Assembly: GCA_030524125.1 (NCBI GenBank)
Contig: JAUNHB010000001.1
Span: forward strand, 51,920 to 115,919
DNA: 64,000 nucleotides
Source: Eubacteriales bacterium
GTDB taxonomy: Bacteria; Bacillota; Clostridia; Lachnospirales; Lachnospiraceae
Direction: 5' to 3'
The notes under the pieces: model-generated
Told to the model about the DNA's origin: nothing
Database searches by the model: none
Seen by the model: the letters and a program-made list of their open reading frames with translations, nothing else
Position numbers and translations under genes: made by a program
Shown: piece by piece, positions 9,787 to 22,031 of the stretch
Numbering within the stretch: the first letter of the stretch is position 1
How the letters are laid out: each line of letters opens with the position of its first letter

Positions 9787-9811
9787 CTTGCAGGGCGTAT
9801 CGCGCAAAAAA
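9787..9811. repeat. Module G fragment
   Basis: CTTGCAGGGCGTATCGCGCAAAAAA differs by one base from 13083-13107. Confidence 0.6.
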
Positions 9812-9857
9812 CCTCCGGCCTGCTCCGCTTTTTTTGCGGAGCAGGCCGGAGGCTTTT
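9806..9857. terminator. Intrinsic terminator, possibly bidirectional
   Basis: 17-bp stem CCTCCGGCCTGCTCCGC/GCGGAGCAGGCCGGAGG flanked by A and T runs. Confidence 0.8.
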
Positions 9858-9882
9858 GATACATCACTGAAAATGGCTGTTT

Positions 9883-10677
9883 TTAACCGAGGATCGCCTT
9901 GTCGCTGGCAAACTGCTCGCCGCTGACCTCCTCGAACTTGTGGAGCAGATCCTCCACGGTCAGGTTTTTCTTCTCCTCGCCGCGGATGTCGAGGATGATG
10001 CGTCCGTCCATCATCATGATCAGACGGTTTCCGTGGACGATGGCGTCCTTCATATTGTGGGTGATCATCAGCGTCGTCAGCTTGTCCCGGTTCACGATGG
10101 TCTCCGTCGTCTCCAGCACCTTGGCCGCCGTCTTCGGGTCCAGCGCCGCCGTGTGCTCGTCCAGAAGCAAAAGCTTCGGCTTCTTGATCGTAGCCATGAG
10201 AAGGGTCAGCGCCTGTCTCTGTCCGCCGGACAAAAGCCCTACCTTGGAGGTCAGACGATCCTCCAGACCAAGCCCCAGCGTGGCGAGGAGCTTCCTGTAC
10301 GCCTCCCGCTCGTTGGACTTGATCCCCGCGCGGAGCGTCCGGCTCTGCCCTCTGCGGAGCGCCAGCGCCAGATTTTCCTCGATACCCATGGTGGCCGCCG
10401 TGCCGTTCATGGGATCCTGGAACACCCGTCCCAGAAACGCCGCCCGCTTGTGCTCCGGAAGCTTCGTCACATTCTGTCCGTCGATGAGGATCTCGCCCTC
10501 GTCCACAGGCCACACGCCCGCGATGGCGTTCAAAAGCGTGGATTTTCCTGCGCCGTTTCCGCCGATGACCGTGACAAAATCGCCGTCCTCCAGCGTCAGG
10601 CTCACTCCCCGCAGGGCGCATTTTTCATTGACCGTTCCCGCATTAAAGGTTTTGTAAATTTTTTTGATCTCCAGCAT
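9883..10677 (-). CDS. ABC transporter ATP-binding protein
   Basis: GGNGAGKST, LSGGQRQ, LLLLDEHTAALDP. Confidence 0.9.
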   Translation of the reverse strand: MLEIKKIYKTFNAGTVNEKCALRGVSLTLEDGDFVTVIGGNGAGKSTLLNAIAGVWPVDEGEILIDGQNVTKLPEHKRAAFLGRVFQDPMNGTAATMGIEENLALALRRGQSRTLRAGIKSNEREAYRKLLATLGLGLEDRLTSKVGLLSGGQRQALTLLMATIKKPKLLLLDEHTAALDPKTAAKVLETTETIVNRDKLTTLMITHNMKDAIVHGNRLIMMMDGRIILDIRGEEKKNLTVEDLLHKFEEVSGEQFASDKAILG

Positions 10678-11597
10678 TATTTGTCACCTCCCCTTCTCAC
10701 CGGCTTGGAAAAGTATTTGCTCTTCCAGAAAGGAATCGCAAGGAACACCGCCACTACCGCTGCCGACAGAAGCTTCAGAAGATCTGTGTCGATGCCTCTC
10801 CAGATCACGACCTGCAGCACCACATAGTAGATGATGGATCCGAACGCCACGCCCAGCAGACGGAAGCCGAAATTCCGGAAGATCTTGCCAAAGGCGGCCT
10901 CGCCGATGATGACCGCCGCCAGTCCGATGACGATGGCGCCGCGTCCCATGTTGATGTCGGCAAATCCCTGATACTGGCTTAAAAGCGCGCCCGAGAACGC
11001 CACCAGCCCGTTGGAGATCATCAGTCCCAGCACCCGGTTGAAATCCGTGTTGATGCCCTGCGCTCTGGACATCCGGTCGTTGCAGCCGGTCGCCCGGAGG
11101 GAGCATCCAAGCTCCGTGCCGAAGAACCAGTAGAGGACGACGATCAGGATCGCGGTGACCACTGCCACGATCAGGATCGTATTCCGGTAAAGCGGAACGT
11201 CTTTAATATAGCGAAGGGAAACCAGCAGGTCATATTTGTCCACGTTGATGGCCTGATTGGATTTTCCCATTATTTTCAAATTCACAGAATACAGCCCAAG
11301 CTGCGTCAGGATACCGGCGAGAATGGCCGGGATTCCCATAAAGGTGTGCAGAAGCCCTGTGACCATACCGGCCAGAAGTCCCGCGATCATCGCAAACAGC
11401 AGAGACACCCAGACGCTGTGTCCGCTCTGCATCATCATAATACACACCGCGCCTCCGGTACAGAGCGTACCGTCCACGGTCAGATCTGCAATATCCAGAA
11501 TGCGGAAGGTGATATAGACCCCAATCGCCATGATTCCCCAGATCAGTCCCTGCGCGGCCGCACCCGGCAGAGCGTTCAATAAACTTACAATATTCAT
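10677..11597 (-). CDS. ABC transporter permease
   Basis: DIADLTVDG motif, hydrophobic; start MNIVS after GAGGTG. Confidence 0.88.
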   Translation of the reverse strand: MNIVSLLNALPGAAAQGLIWGIMAIGVYITFRILDIADLTVDGTLCTGGAVCIMMMQSGHSVWVSLLFAMIAGLLAGMVTGLLHTFMGIPAILAGILTQLGLYSVNLKIMGKSNQAINVDKYDLLVSLRYIKDVPLYRNTILIVAVVTAILIVVLYWFFGTELGCSLRATGCNDRMSRAQGINTDFNRVLGLMISNGLVAFSGALLSQYQGFADINMGRGAIVIGLAAVIIGEAAFGKIFRNFGFRLLGVAFGSIIYYVVLQVVIWRGIDTDLLKLLSAAVVAVFLAIPFWKSKYFSKPVRRGGDK

Positions 11598-11768
11598 TTT
11601 CCTGTCACCTCTAACTATCCTTTGTCGGGACTTCCGGACCTGCAATCGCCGCCCCTGGGCCCCCGCCGCATACAGCGGCAGCAGCGAGATCGGATGCCCC
11701 GGTCTCGCTGCCGTCTTTACCTGTCTTACGCCGCGCGGGAAACGCCCGCGAAGCCTTTGCCGTCTTAT

Positions 11769-12812
11769 TTACTCCGCTGCCGGGATCTCCACATAGTCGT
11801 CCGGAACGGTCACGCCCAGAGCCTCGCAGAGCTCTGCGTTGTACTCCTTCGTGAACTGCGGAGCATATTCGATGGGCATCTCGGAAATGTTCGCCTCGCC
11901 GTTCAGGATCTTCACCGCCATCTGTCCGGTCGCCACGCCCAGGTCATAGTAGCTGATGGAGAGGGTAGCGACTCCGCAGCCTCTGCAGATGCCTTCCTCG
12001 CCTGCCACTACCGGGACGCTGTCGCCGCAGATGTTTCTGACGATCTCGGTGTTGTTGGCCACCGTGTTGTCGGTCGGAACATAGATCACGTCGCTTGCAT
12101 CCGCCGCCGTGGTCGCCACGGAGGACAGATCGTTGGAATCAGAGAATCCGTACTGGGTACAGGTATATCCCATCTCCTCCAGATATTTCTGGACCTCGTC
12201 CACCTGATACTGAGAGTTCGCCTCAGCCGTGCAGTACAGAAGTCCTACGTTCTGCGCGTCCGGGAACAGTTCCTGCACCATGGCAGCCTGCTGATCCAGC
12301 GGAGCCAGATCGGACGTACCGGAGATGTTGCCTCCCACGGTGCCGTTAAAATCGTCGATACCAAGCGCCACGCCGTACTCGGTCACGGACGTTCCCAGAA
12401 CCGGGATCGTGTCGGTGCCGGCCTGCGCCGCCTGAAGGGCAGCCGTCGCATTTGCAAGGATCAGATCGGTCTCCTCCGAGACAAATCCGTTGATGATCGT
12501 CGCGCAGGTGTTGGAATCGCCCTGTGCGTTCTGCTCGTCAAACTGTACCGCGTCGCCGAACTCCTCCACGAGAGCGTCCTTGAAGCCCTGGGTCGCCGCG
12601 TCGAGCGCGTCGTGCTGTACCAGCTGGCAGATACCGATCAGGTAAGTCGCGTCTCCGTCCGCAGCGGCAGTGTCCGCCGTGTCCGCCGTATCCGCAGCGT
12701 CCGCGGTCTCCTCCGCAGCAGCTCCGGACTCTGCAGCCGTATCGCTGCTTCCGCAGGCTGCGAGGCCGAATGCCATCGTCGCCGCCATAGCAAGAGCAAG
12801 AATCTTTTTCAT
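11769..12812 (-). CDS. ABC substrate-binding lipoprotein (putative aromatic amino acid type)
   Basis: Lipobox LAAC; QLVQHDALD, NAQGD, YVPTDN. Confidence 0.85.
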   Translation of the reverse strand: MKKILALAMAATMAFGLAACGSSDTAAESGAAAEETADAADTADTADTAAADGDATYLIGICQLVQHDALDAATQGFKDALVEEFGDAVQFDEQNAQGDSNTCATIINGFVSEETDLILANATAALQAAQAGTDTIPVLGTSVTEYGVALGIDDFNGTVGGNISGTSDLAPLDQQAAMVQELFPDAQNVGLLYCTAEANSQYQVDEVQKYLEEMGYTCTQYGFSDSNDLSSVATTAADASDVIYVPTDNTVANNTEIVRNICGDSVPVVAGEEGICRGCGVATLSISYYDLGVATGQMAVKILNGEANISEMPIEYAPQFTKEYNAELCEALGVTVPDDYVEIPAAE

Positions 12813-12864
12813 AGTATTTCCTCCATTTCTGTGTTTCCTTTTGCTACTTTTGTAGCCGTTTAAG

Positions 12865-12893
12865 ATTATAGCGCTTTAACGCAAAAAAGTCAA
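12865..12893 (-). promoter_or_regulatory. SigA promoter
   Basis: TTGACT-17-TATAAT. Confidence 0.7.
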
Positions 12894-12923
12894 CTGCTAA
12901 CGCGACAAAATCCGGGCGGGCAG

Positions 12924-13107
12924 GTAACCGTTCAGCCCGCGCCATTCGCAAAGCCGCGCTGAAGCGCTCCCCGCCGCTACGCGGCTATCTTTGCTCATAA
13001 TCCGGCGCTCCCTCAGTCTCACAGCAAAGCTGTTCGCTGTCCGTTGCCCTGCAAATGGCTGCTCGTGCAAGCACGGCAGCCGCTTGCAGGGCATATCGCG
13101 CAAAAAA
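12924..13107. repeat. Family A left half joined to module G hairpin
   Basis: 12924-13017 matches 4899-4991; 13046-13092 is a hairpin with the CGTGCAAGCACG apex of the A long arm. Confidence 0.8.
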
Positions 13108-13171
13108 AGAAGCCCACAGGCAGGAATCTTGCCCGCCGCAGACTTCTTTATTTTCTCATCTCTTTTAACTC

Positions 13172-13912
13172 TTAGAGCACCTTGCTCAGGAAATCGATGG
13201 TTCTTGGCTCCTTCGGGTTGAGAAGCACCTCCTCGGGCGTTCCCTCCTCCACGATGTAGCCGCCCTCCATGAAGATGACGCGGCTCGCCACCTCTCTGGC
13301 AAATCCGATCTCGTGGGTGACCACCACCATGGTCATACCCTCTCTTGCCAGCTCCTTCATAACCTCCAGCACCTCGCCCACCATTTCCGGATCCAGCGCG
13401 CTGGTCGGCTCGTCGAAGAGCATGATGTCAGGCTTCATCTCCAGCGCTCTGGCGATGGCCACGCGCTGCTTCTGTCCGCCGGACAGCTGGCTCGGAAACG
13501 CGTCCGCCTTGTCGGACAGGCCGACCCGCTCCAGAAGCTTCTTCGCCTGCGCGCGGGCCTCCTCCTTGTTCATCAGTTTTAAATGAACCGGAGCCAGCGT
13601 CATGTTGTCCATGACCGTCAGATGATTGAACAGATTGAAATGCTGGAACACCATGCCGATATTCTCGCGCACTTTATTCATGTCGGTGCGCTTGTCAGTC
13701 ACGTTGTGACCGTCGATCAGGATCTGGCCGTCGGTGGCCGTCTCCAGCTGGTTGAGACAGCGCAGCAGCGTAGATTTTCCGCTGCCGGACGGGCCTAAGA
13801 GGACCACGACCTCGCCCTCGTGGATGTCCAGACTGATGTCCTTTAAGACCTCCAGCTTGCCAAAATTTTTCTTCAGCCTGCTCACATGGATCTTCAGCTG
13901 CTTATCTTCCAC
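13172..13912 (-). CDS. Polar amino acid ABC ATPase (GlnQ-like)
   Basis: [41 protein letters not shown]. Confidence 0.92.
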   Translation of the reverse strand: MEDKQLKIHVSRLKKNFGKLEVLKDISLDIHEGEVVVLLGPSGSGKSTLLRCLNQLETATDGQILIDGHNVTDKRTDMNKVRENIGMVFQHFNLFNHLTVMDNMTLAPVHLKLMNKEEARAQAKKLLERVGLSDKADAFPSQLSGGQKQRVAIARALEMKPDIMLFDEPTSALDPEMVGEVLEVMKELAREGMTMVVVTHEIGFAREVASRVIFMEGGYIVEEGTPEEVLLNPKEPRTIDFLSKVL

Positions 13913-14570
13913 GGTTCACCCTCCTCTCGATGGACTTGGCCACCTTGCTCAGCGTGACGATGACGACCATATACATGACGCCTACGATCGCCCATGTCTG
14001 TAAGTTTTTGAAGGTGTTGCCCATGATCGTCTTACCTACGTTGGTCAGCTCGGGGAATCCGATAACGGAGAGGATCGACGTATCTTTCAGCGTGATGATA
14101 AACTGGTTGATGATGGACGGGATCATCGTCCGCACCGCCTGCGGCACCACCACCAGCGCCATGGCCGCCCCGTAGGAAAGCCCGAGGCTTCTCGCCGCCT
14201 CCATCTGTCCGCGGTCCACGCTCTCGATACCGGCGCGGATGATCTCCGCCATATACGCACCGCAGTTCATGGACAGGGCGATCGTGCCCGCCTGAAGCGC
14301 GCTCAGACGAAAGCCCGTGATGCCGATTCCCTGTATTCCGGCAGGAATGCCGAAGAAAATAAAATACGCCAACACGATCAGCGGTACGCCGCGGACCGCA
14401 TCCACGTAGATGGTTCCGATCAGGTTGAGCACCCGATTGTGTCCCACGTTCATCAGTCCGAATACCATACCGATGACGATGGCAAACAGCAGCGAAAGCA
14501 GCGTCAGCAGGAGCGTCTGCCCCAACGCACGCAGCAGCATGGTGCCATACACTTGAATAATAGCTGCCAT
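13902..14570 (-). CDS. Polar amino acid ABC permease
   Basis: [31 protein letters not shown]. Confidence 0.9.
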   Translation of the reverse strand: MAAIIQVYGTMLLRALGQTLLLTLLSLLFAIVIGMVFGLMNVGHNRVLNLIGTIYVDAVRGVPLIVLAYFIFFGIPAGIQGIGITGFRLSALQAGTIALSMNCGAYMAEIIRAGIESVDRGQMEAARSLGLSYGAAMALVVVPQAVRTMIPSIINQFIITLKDTSILSVIGFPELTNVGKTIMGNTFKNLQTWAIVGVMYMVVIVTLSKVAKSIERRVNRGR

Positions 14571-14713
14571 ATGTTTTCTCTCCTTACTTTTTGTATTTCT
14601 CCGTCTGTTCTGCGGAATGCTTCTTGCTCTGTGGAAACCTCCGATCCGGGAGCTTCCACAGTGCAGGAAGCAGCCGCGCCGGGCGCGGCTGCTCCGCTTA
14701 TGACTGTTTTCGA

Positions 14714-15571
14714 TTACTCGCCGAGATAGGTTGCGATGATCTCGTCGTAGGTTCCGTTTGCCTTGATGTTGGCAAGTCCTGCATTGAACAAGTCAAGCAG
14801 TCCCTGATTTGCCTCGTTCATGATCGCGAAGCCGTACGGAGCGGTCTCGCTCTCCATTCCCTCCACGGTCTTCAGGTTCAGGCTTCCGGTCTTGATGGAG
14901 TCGGCCATGATCGGCTTATCCTCGACGCACGCGTCCGCCTGTCCCAGCTCGACAGCCTGATACATGGTCGGTGAATCCTCATATACGGTCACAGTAAATC
15001 CATACTCATCCTTCAGACTGTCCGCAAACGAAGCGCCCTGCGTTCCGTTCTTTACGGCAACCGTCTTACCCTCCAGATCCTCGAAGCTCGCGATGTCGCT
15101 GTCGCTCTTCACGGTAAAGATCTGGCTGGAATCATAGTAGGAGTCGGAGAAGATCCATCCGGACGCCTCGCGCTCCTCGGTGATGCTGGCTCCTGCCATC
15201 AGCGCGTCCGCCTGTCCTGCCTGTACGGCAGCCACGGCCGCGTCCCAGCCAAGGCTGTTCAGCTCGAAGGTCACGCCCTGATCTTCGGCGACTGCCTTCA
15301 GGATGTCCACGTCGATTCCTACGAACTCGCCGCTCTCATTGGTAAACTCAAACGGTCTGAACACCGTATCCATCGCGATCACATAGGTGTCGCCGGTCGC
15401 CTCCGCCGTATCGGCGTCAGCTGCGTCGGCGTCTGCATCTGCGGCAGCCTCATCCGTCGCCTCGGTCTGCGCCGTATCTGCAGCCTCGGTGGAGTCGGTA
15501 GAGGTGGATCCGCAGGCAACGGACGTAACCGCCATGCATGCGACCATAGAAAGCACTACTAACTTTTTCAT
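14714..15571 (-). CDS. Polar amino acid-binding lipoprotein
   Basis: Lipobox SVAC; PFEF, GIDVD, ITEER; start MKKLVV after GGAG. Confidence 0.88.
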   Translation of the reverse strand: MKKLVVLSMVACMAVTSVACGSTSTDSTEAADTAQTEATDEAAADADADAADADTAEATGDTYVIAMDTVFRPFEFTNESGEFVGIDVDILKAVAEDQGVTFELNSLGWDAAVAAVQAGQADALMAGASITEEREASGWIFSDSYYDSSQIFTVKSDSDIASFEDLEGKTVAVKNGTQGASFADSLKDEYGFTVTVYEDSPTMYQAVELGQADACVEDKPIMADSIKTGSLNLKTVEGMESETAPYGFAIMNEANQGLLDLFNAGLANIKANGTYDEIIATYLGE

Positions 15572-15666
15572 AATATGTACACTCCTTTTCCCCGGCCTGT
15601 CGCCGGTCCTTTTTACACATAAAGGCGATGTATGCCCTATACACCGCCTTTGATGCTGCACTTTAA

Positions 15667-15695
15667 AGTATAATTTTTTCCGTCCTGCTTGTCAA
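15667..15695 (-). promoter_or_regulatory. SigA promoter
   Basis: TTGACA-17-TATACT. Confidence 0.7.
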
Positions 15696-15735
15696 GCCCC
15701 AATGTTTTATTGTATACACGTATGGTAATACTTAT

Positions 15736-15900
15736 TGTAACAGCTCAGCCGGCCGGGAGCGACAGGGCAAAATCGTGCTCGCACGAATTTTGGTCTGCTG
15801 TTCCCGGCTGAGGGAGCGCCGGATTATGAGCAAAGATAGCCGCGTGAGCGGCGGGGAGCGCGTCAGCGCGGCTTTGCGAATGGCGCGGGCTGAGCTATTC
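15736..15900. mobile_element. Family A full-length element, inverted relative to the 4899 copy
   Basis: TGTAACAGCTCAGCC...GGCTGAGCTATT; colinear with the reverse complement of 4899-5061. Confidence 0.85.
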
Positions 15901-15907
15901 CCTTCCA

Positions 15908-15990
15908 GCGCTCAGCCGTGAGCGAGAAAGCAGGCGCGCAGCGCCGGGAGAGCTGCGAAGCAGCGGGCTTTCGAGCTGCATGGCTGAATG
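15908..15990. repeat. Family E Y-shaped element abutting A
   Basis: TCAGCCGTG/CATGGCTGA ends, GAAAGC/GCTTTC stem, two cGNAg hairpins. Confidence 0.6.
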
Positions 15991-16002
15991 AGCACGCCCT
16001 TC

Positions 16003-16593
16003 TCAGATCTCCGCCGCCGCGGCCAGCACCAGCTCCACGGCGCGGTCCACGCCCAGCTTCTCCGTGTTGACCGTCAGGTCGTAGTTGCGCGCGTCGCCGT
16101 AGATCGTTCCCGTGTAGTACTCGCAGCTCTTTTTCCGGGCCCGGTCCGCCTGCCGCACGTCGGAGGCCACCTGCTCCAGCGGCACCCCCGGCATCATGCC
16201 GGCCATGCGGTTCACCCTCCACTGGAAGCCTGCATGGGCGAACACCCGCAGACAATGGTCGAACTCGCTTAAAATATACTCGCTGTTGCGCCCGACGATC
16301 ACGCAGTTCTCATGGTTGGCCATGTCGCGGATAGCATCCCGCTGCGCCTGCCAGAGCTGCTCATCCAGCGGCTTGTTGTAAAAGTCAAACAGACTCTGGG
16401 CAAAGCCGAAGCTGCTGGGGACTCTCTCGTCCCACTTGCGCACCTGCTCCGGATTCAGCTTCGGATCCGCCAGCGCGGTCCGGATGATGATGTCTTTATC
16501 GTAGAACTGAAGCCCCAGCTCCTTTGCCACTCTTCTTCCGATCTCTCCTCCGCCCGCGCCAAATTCCCGGGCTATGGTAATCACTTTTTTCAT
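16003..16593 (-). CDS. Cytidylate kinase-like family protein
   Basis: ITIAREFGAGGGEIG, CVIVGR, YDLTVNT. Confidence 0.8.
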   Translation of the reverse strand: MKKVITIAREFGAGGGEIGRRVAKELGLQFYDKDIIIRTALADPKLNPEQVRKWDERVPSSFGFAQSLFDFYNKPLDEQLWQAQRDAIRDMANHENCVIVGRNSEYILSEFDHCLRVFAHAGFQWRVNRMAGMMPGVPLEQVASDVRQADRARKKSCEYYTGTIYGDARNYDLTVNTEKLGVDRAVELVLAAAAEI

Positions 16594-16668
16594 AATGGAC
16601 CTCCACAGTTATATACTGTCCCTATTATAAAGGCCGCAAAGAAACATGGCAACTACTTATTTGTTTGA

Positions 16669-17033
16669 CAACAGTTCAGCCAGCCGAAAGCGGCAGGTCA
16701 AAATCGTGCTTGCACGAATTTTGATTTGCTGCTTTCGACTGAGGGAGCGCCAGCTCATGAGCAAAGATAATGTTACGATTCACAGCCGATATGGCTCTGC
16801 GGACAGGCTCGTCATGCTTGCATGTAAGAGGCTGGCTGCAGAGCCATATCGAGCCTGCGAAGCAGGAACTCCGCCCACATAAGCAGTCTTAGCTCCGAAG
16901 GAGCGGAACTGGAGCCTCGCAGAGGCGACGACTGCGCATGGGGGCGGAGGGCTGTGAATCGTAACAATGTAGCCGCGCAAGCGGCGGGGAGCGCGCCAGC
17001 GCGGCTCCTCGAATGGCGCGGCCTGAACGATCG
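16669..17033. mobile_element. Family A element interrupted by a family B element
   Basis: A sequence at 16669-16769 resumes at about 16970 after the insert. Confidence 0.85.
16771..16966. mobile_element. Family B element (196 bp)
   Basis: Perfect 17-bp terminal inverted repeat TGTTACGATTCACAGCC; second copy at 53481. Confidence 0.88.
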
Positions 17034-17057
17034 CCAACCCATGAGCAAAGCCAGCCG

Positions 17058-17321
17058 TCATCTGCTCAGCTTATCCACCACCTGCATCAGCTCGTCGATC
17101 TTCTCGTCCCCGGCTCCGTCCAGAATGGCGGATTTGACACAGCCCTTCATGTGCGCGCGGATCACCTCGTTGTTCACCTTTCTCAAAATGGCGTCCGTGG
17201 CCATGATCTGCGCGGAAATGTCCATACAGTAGCGGTCCTCCTCCACCATGCGCAGGATCCCGTCGATCTGCCCCCGCGCCGTCTTCAGGAGCCGCTCCAC
17301 TTTCTTTCTGTCTGCCTGCAT
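17058..17321 (-). CDS. csoR: Copper-sensing repressor
   Basis: RLLKTARGQIDGI..M.EEDRYC.D, HMKGC ligands; next to copA. Confidence 0.88.
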   Translation of the reverse strand: MQADRKKVERLLKTARGQIDGILRMVEEDRYCMDISAQIMATDAILRKVNNEVIRAHMKGCVKSAILDGAGDEKIDELMQVVDKLSR

Positions 17322-17339
17322 TCTGCCGAATCCTTTCTC

Positions 17340-20003
<2,664 letters not shown>

Positions 20004-20023
20004 CGAACGTCTCTCCTCTCTCA

Positions 20024-20082
20024 GATACCCCACCGGGGTGTCCTGTTGAGAATGTTATACCACGGCAAAAAGGATCTGTCAA
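20024..20082 (-). promoter_or_regulatory. copA promoter with CsoR-type operator
   Basis: TTGACA-17-TATAAC (20054-20082); GATACCCC-acc-GGGGTGTC inverted repeat at 20024-20042. Confidence 0.75.
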
Positions 20083-20123
20083 GCAGCCAGGATATGTTTC
20101 CCGGTCTGCCGACAGATCCTTCG

Positions 20124-21059
20124 TCATGGCTGCGCTTTTCCTGTCCGCACCAGATGCTTTCCCCAGCTGACGTCCGCCAGAATATGCGCCTTCAGCTCGT
20201 CCAGCGACCGAAACTTCTGCTCCGGACGCCGAAACTCCAGAAATTCCACCTTCAGCCGCCTGCCGTACAGATCCCCGTCGAAATCAAAGAGATACGTTTC
20301 CACTCCTTTTCGGGTCTCGCCTCCCACGGTGGGCTTGTAACCCACGTTGGTGATGCCGTAATACTCGTCCTCTCCCACCTCCGTCCGGGTCAGGTACACC
20401 CCTCCCCGGGGGAGCAGCTTGTCCTCCGGCGGCGCCAGATTGGTGGTGGGCATGCCGAGCGTCCGCCCGATCTGCCTGCCGTGCCGCACGATCTCCTCCG
20501 TAAAATACGGGTATCCCAGAAGCTCGTTGACCAGCGGGATATTGCCGTCGTGAAGCGCCTCCCGCACATAAGTGCTGCTGATGTCCCGGCCGTGACTCTG
20601 CTCCTTCTCCACGATCTCCACCGAGAAGCCCAGGCGCTCCCCCAGCTTCCGGAGCAGCCCGCCGTCGCCTCTCCTTCGGTAGCCGAACCGGAAATCGCTT
20701 CCCACCGCCGCAAAGCGCATGTGAAGCTGTCCCACAAGGATCTCCTCCACAAAGCGTTCCGGCTCCATGTGGGCCAGCTCCGGAACGAAGGGACATTCCA
20801 GAAGCGTATCCGCGCCTGCTTTTTCCAAAAGCTCCCGCCGTTCCTCGTTGGTCAGGATATTCTGGGCGGACAGCCCCGAGAGCTCTCTCGTGGGATTCTG
20901 CTGAAACGTAAAGATCACCGCCGAAAGGCCTCTCGCCTTCTGCTTTGCCAGATGCTCCAGAAGCTTTTGGTGCCCCCGGTGCAGACCGTCAAATTTTCCG
21001 AGACTGACCGCGGACGGCCCGTCCATATGAAATTGCATCGTTCCCGTCACATAATCCAT
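20124..21059 (-). CDS. ribF: Riboflavin kinase/FAD synthetase
   Basis: GKFDGLHRGH, ISST, GRTLGMPTTN, NVGYKPT. Confidence 0.93.
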   Translation of the reverse strand: MDYVTGTMQFHMDGPSAVSLGKFDGLHRGHQKLLEHLAKQKARGLSAVIFTFQQNPTRELSGLSAQNILTNEERRELLEKAGADTLLECPFVPELAHMEPERFVEEILVGQLHMRFAAVGSDFRFGYRRRGDGGLLRKLGERLGFSVEIVEKEQSHGRDISSTYVREALHDGNIPLVNELLGYPYFTEEIVRHGRQIGRTLGMPTTNLAPPEDKLLPRGGVYLTRTEVGEDEYYGITNVGYKPTVGGETRKGVETYLFDFDGDLYGRRLKVEFLEFRRPEQKFRSLDELKAHILADVSWGKHLVRTGKAQP

Positions 21060-21071
21060 TCCGTTTTTTCC

Positions 21072-22031
21072 CTATTTTTCGTAAAACATTTTCACGAGGC
21101 GGAGGCGGTCCCGCTCCCGCCCGTAGATCCCCACGAACCGGCCCTCATGGTCGTAGACGCGGACGCGCCCCGTCTCCGGAGCGCCTGCCGGATCCACTCC
21201 CGGCAGCCCTGTCCCAACGGGGCTCTCCGGCGCAGCGCAGCCGCAGTCTGCCCCTCCAACATCTCCTGCCTGGAGCGGCAGCGGATTTCCGTTATGGGCC
21301 TGCGCCGAGAGCTCCTTCGACAGCGTGACGGCCGGATACCCGTCGAACATCCGGTCGATGGGCAGGATGATCTCCGGGAGCCGCCCCGCGTCCCGGAGCG
21401 CCTCCACCTGATCAAGCCGCACGCTGTCCTCCACGGAGAACCGCTCCACTCTCGTGCGAAGAAGGCTTTCCATACAGCCGTGGCAGCCCAGCTTCTCGCC
21501 GATGTCGTGGCAGAGCGTCCGGATGTAGGTGCCGCTGGAGCAGTGCACGCGCATCCGCACCCTGGGAAGCTCCATTTCCAGTATACAGATCTCGTAGATC
21601 CGCACCTCCCTGGCCTTACGCTCCACCTCTTTTCCCGCTCTGGCCAGATCGCACAGCTTCTGGCCGTTGACCTTCAGCGCCGAATACATGGGCGGGATCT
21701 GCCCGTAGACTCCCTCAAAGCTTAAAATCGCCCGGCGCACCTGCTCCTCGTCCGCCCGCACTTCAGCCTCGGCGGTCACCGTCCCGGTGACGTCCTGCGT
21801 GTCCGTGGAACGTCCGAGCAGCAGCACCGCCTCGTACACCTTGTCGTGGCCGGCCAGCAGCTCGCACAGCTTTGTGGCCTTTCCGAGACAGACAGGAAGA
21901 ACTCCCTCCGCTTCCGGATCGAGAGTTCCTGTGTGGCCGATTTTTTTCTGTTTTAAAATTCCCCTGAGCTTCGCCACCACGTCGTGGGAGGTGAAGCCCC
22001 GTTCCTTGTAGATGTTGACGACCCCGTTCAC
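21072..22031 (-). CDS. truB: tRNA pseudouridine-55 synthase
   Basis: GHTGTLDP, PPMYSALK, SGTYIRTL. Confidence 0.94.
   Translation of the reverse strand: MNGVVNIYKERGFTSHDVVAKLRGILKQKKIGHTGTLDPEAEGVLPVCLGKATKLCELLAGHDKVYEAVLLLGRSTDTQDVTGTVTAEAEVRADEEQVRRAILSFEGVYGQIPPMYSALKVNGQKLCDLARAGKEVERKAREVRIYEICILEMELPRVRMRVHCSSGTYIRTLCHDIGEKLGCHGCMESLLRTRVERFSVEDSVRLDQVEALRDAGRLPEIILPIDRMFDGYPAVTLSKELSAQAHNGNPLPLQAGDVGGADCGCAAPESPVGTGLPGVDPAGAPETGRVRVYDHEGRFVGIYGRERDRLRLVKMFYEK

Noticed and set aside
15736-17033. Repeats as a CRISPR array
   Set aside because: Dispersed, long and branched; no regular repeat-spacer period and no cas genes.
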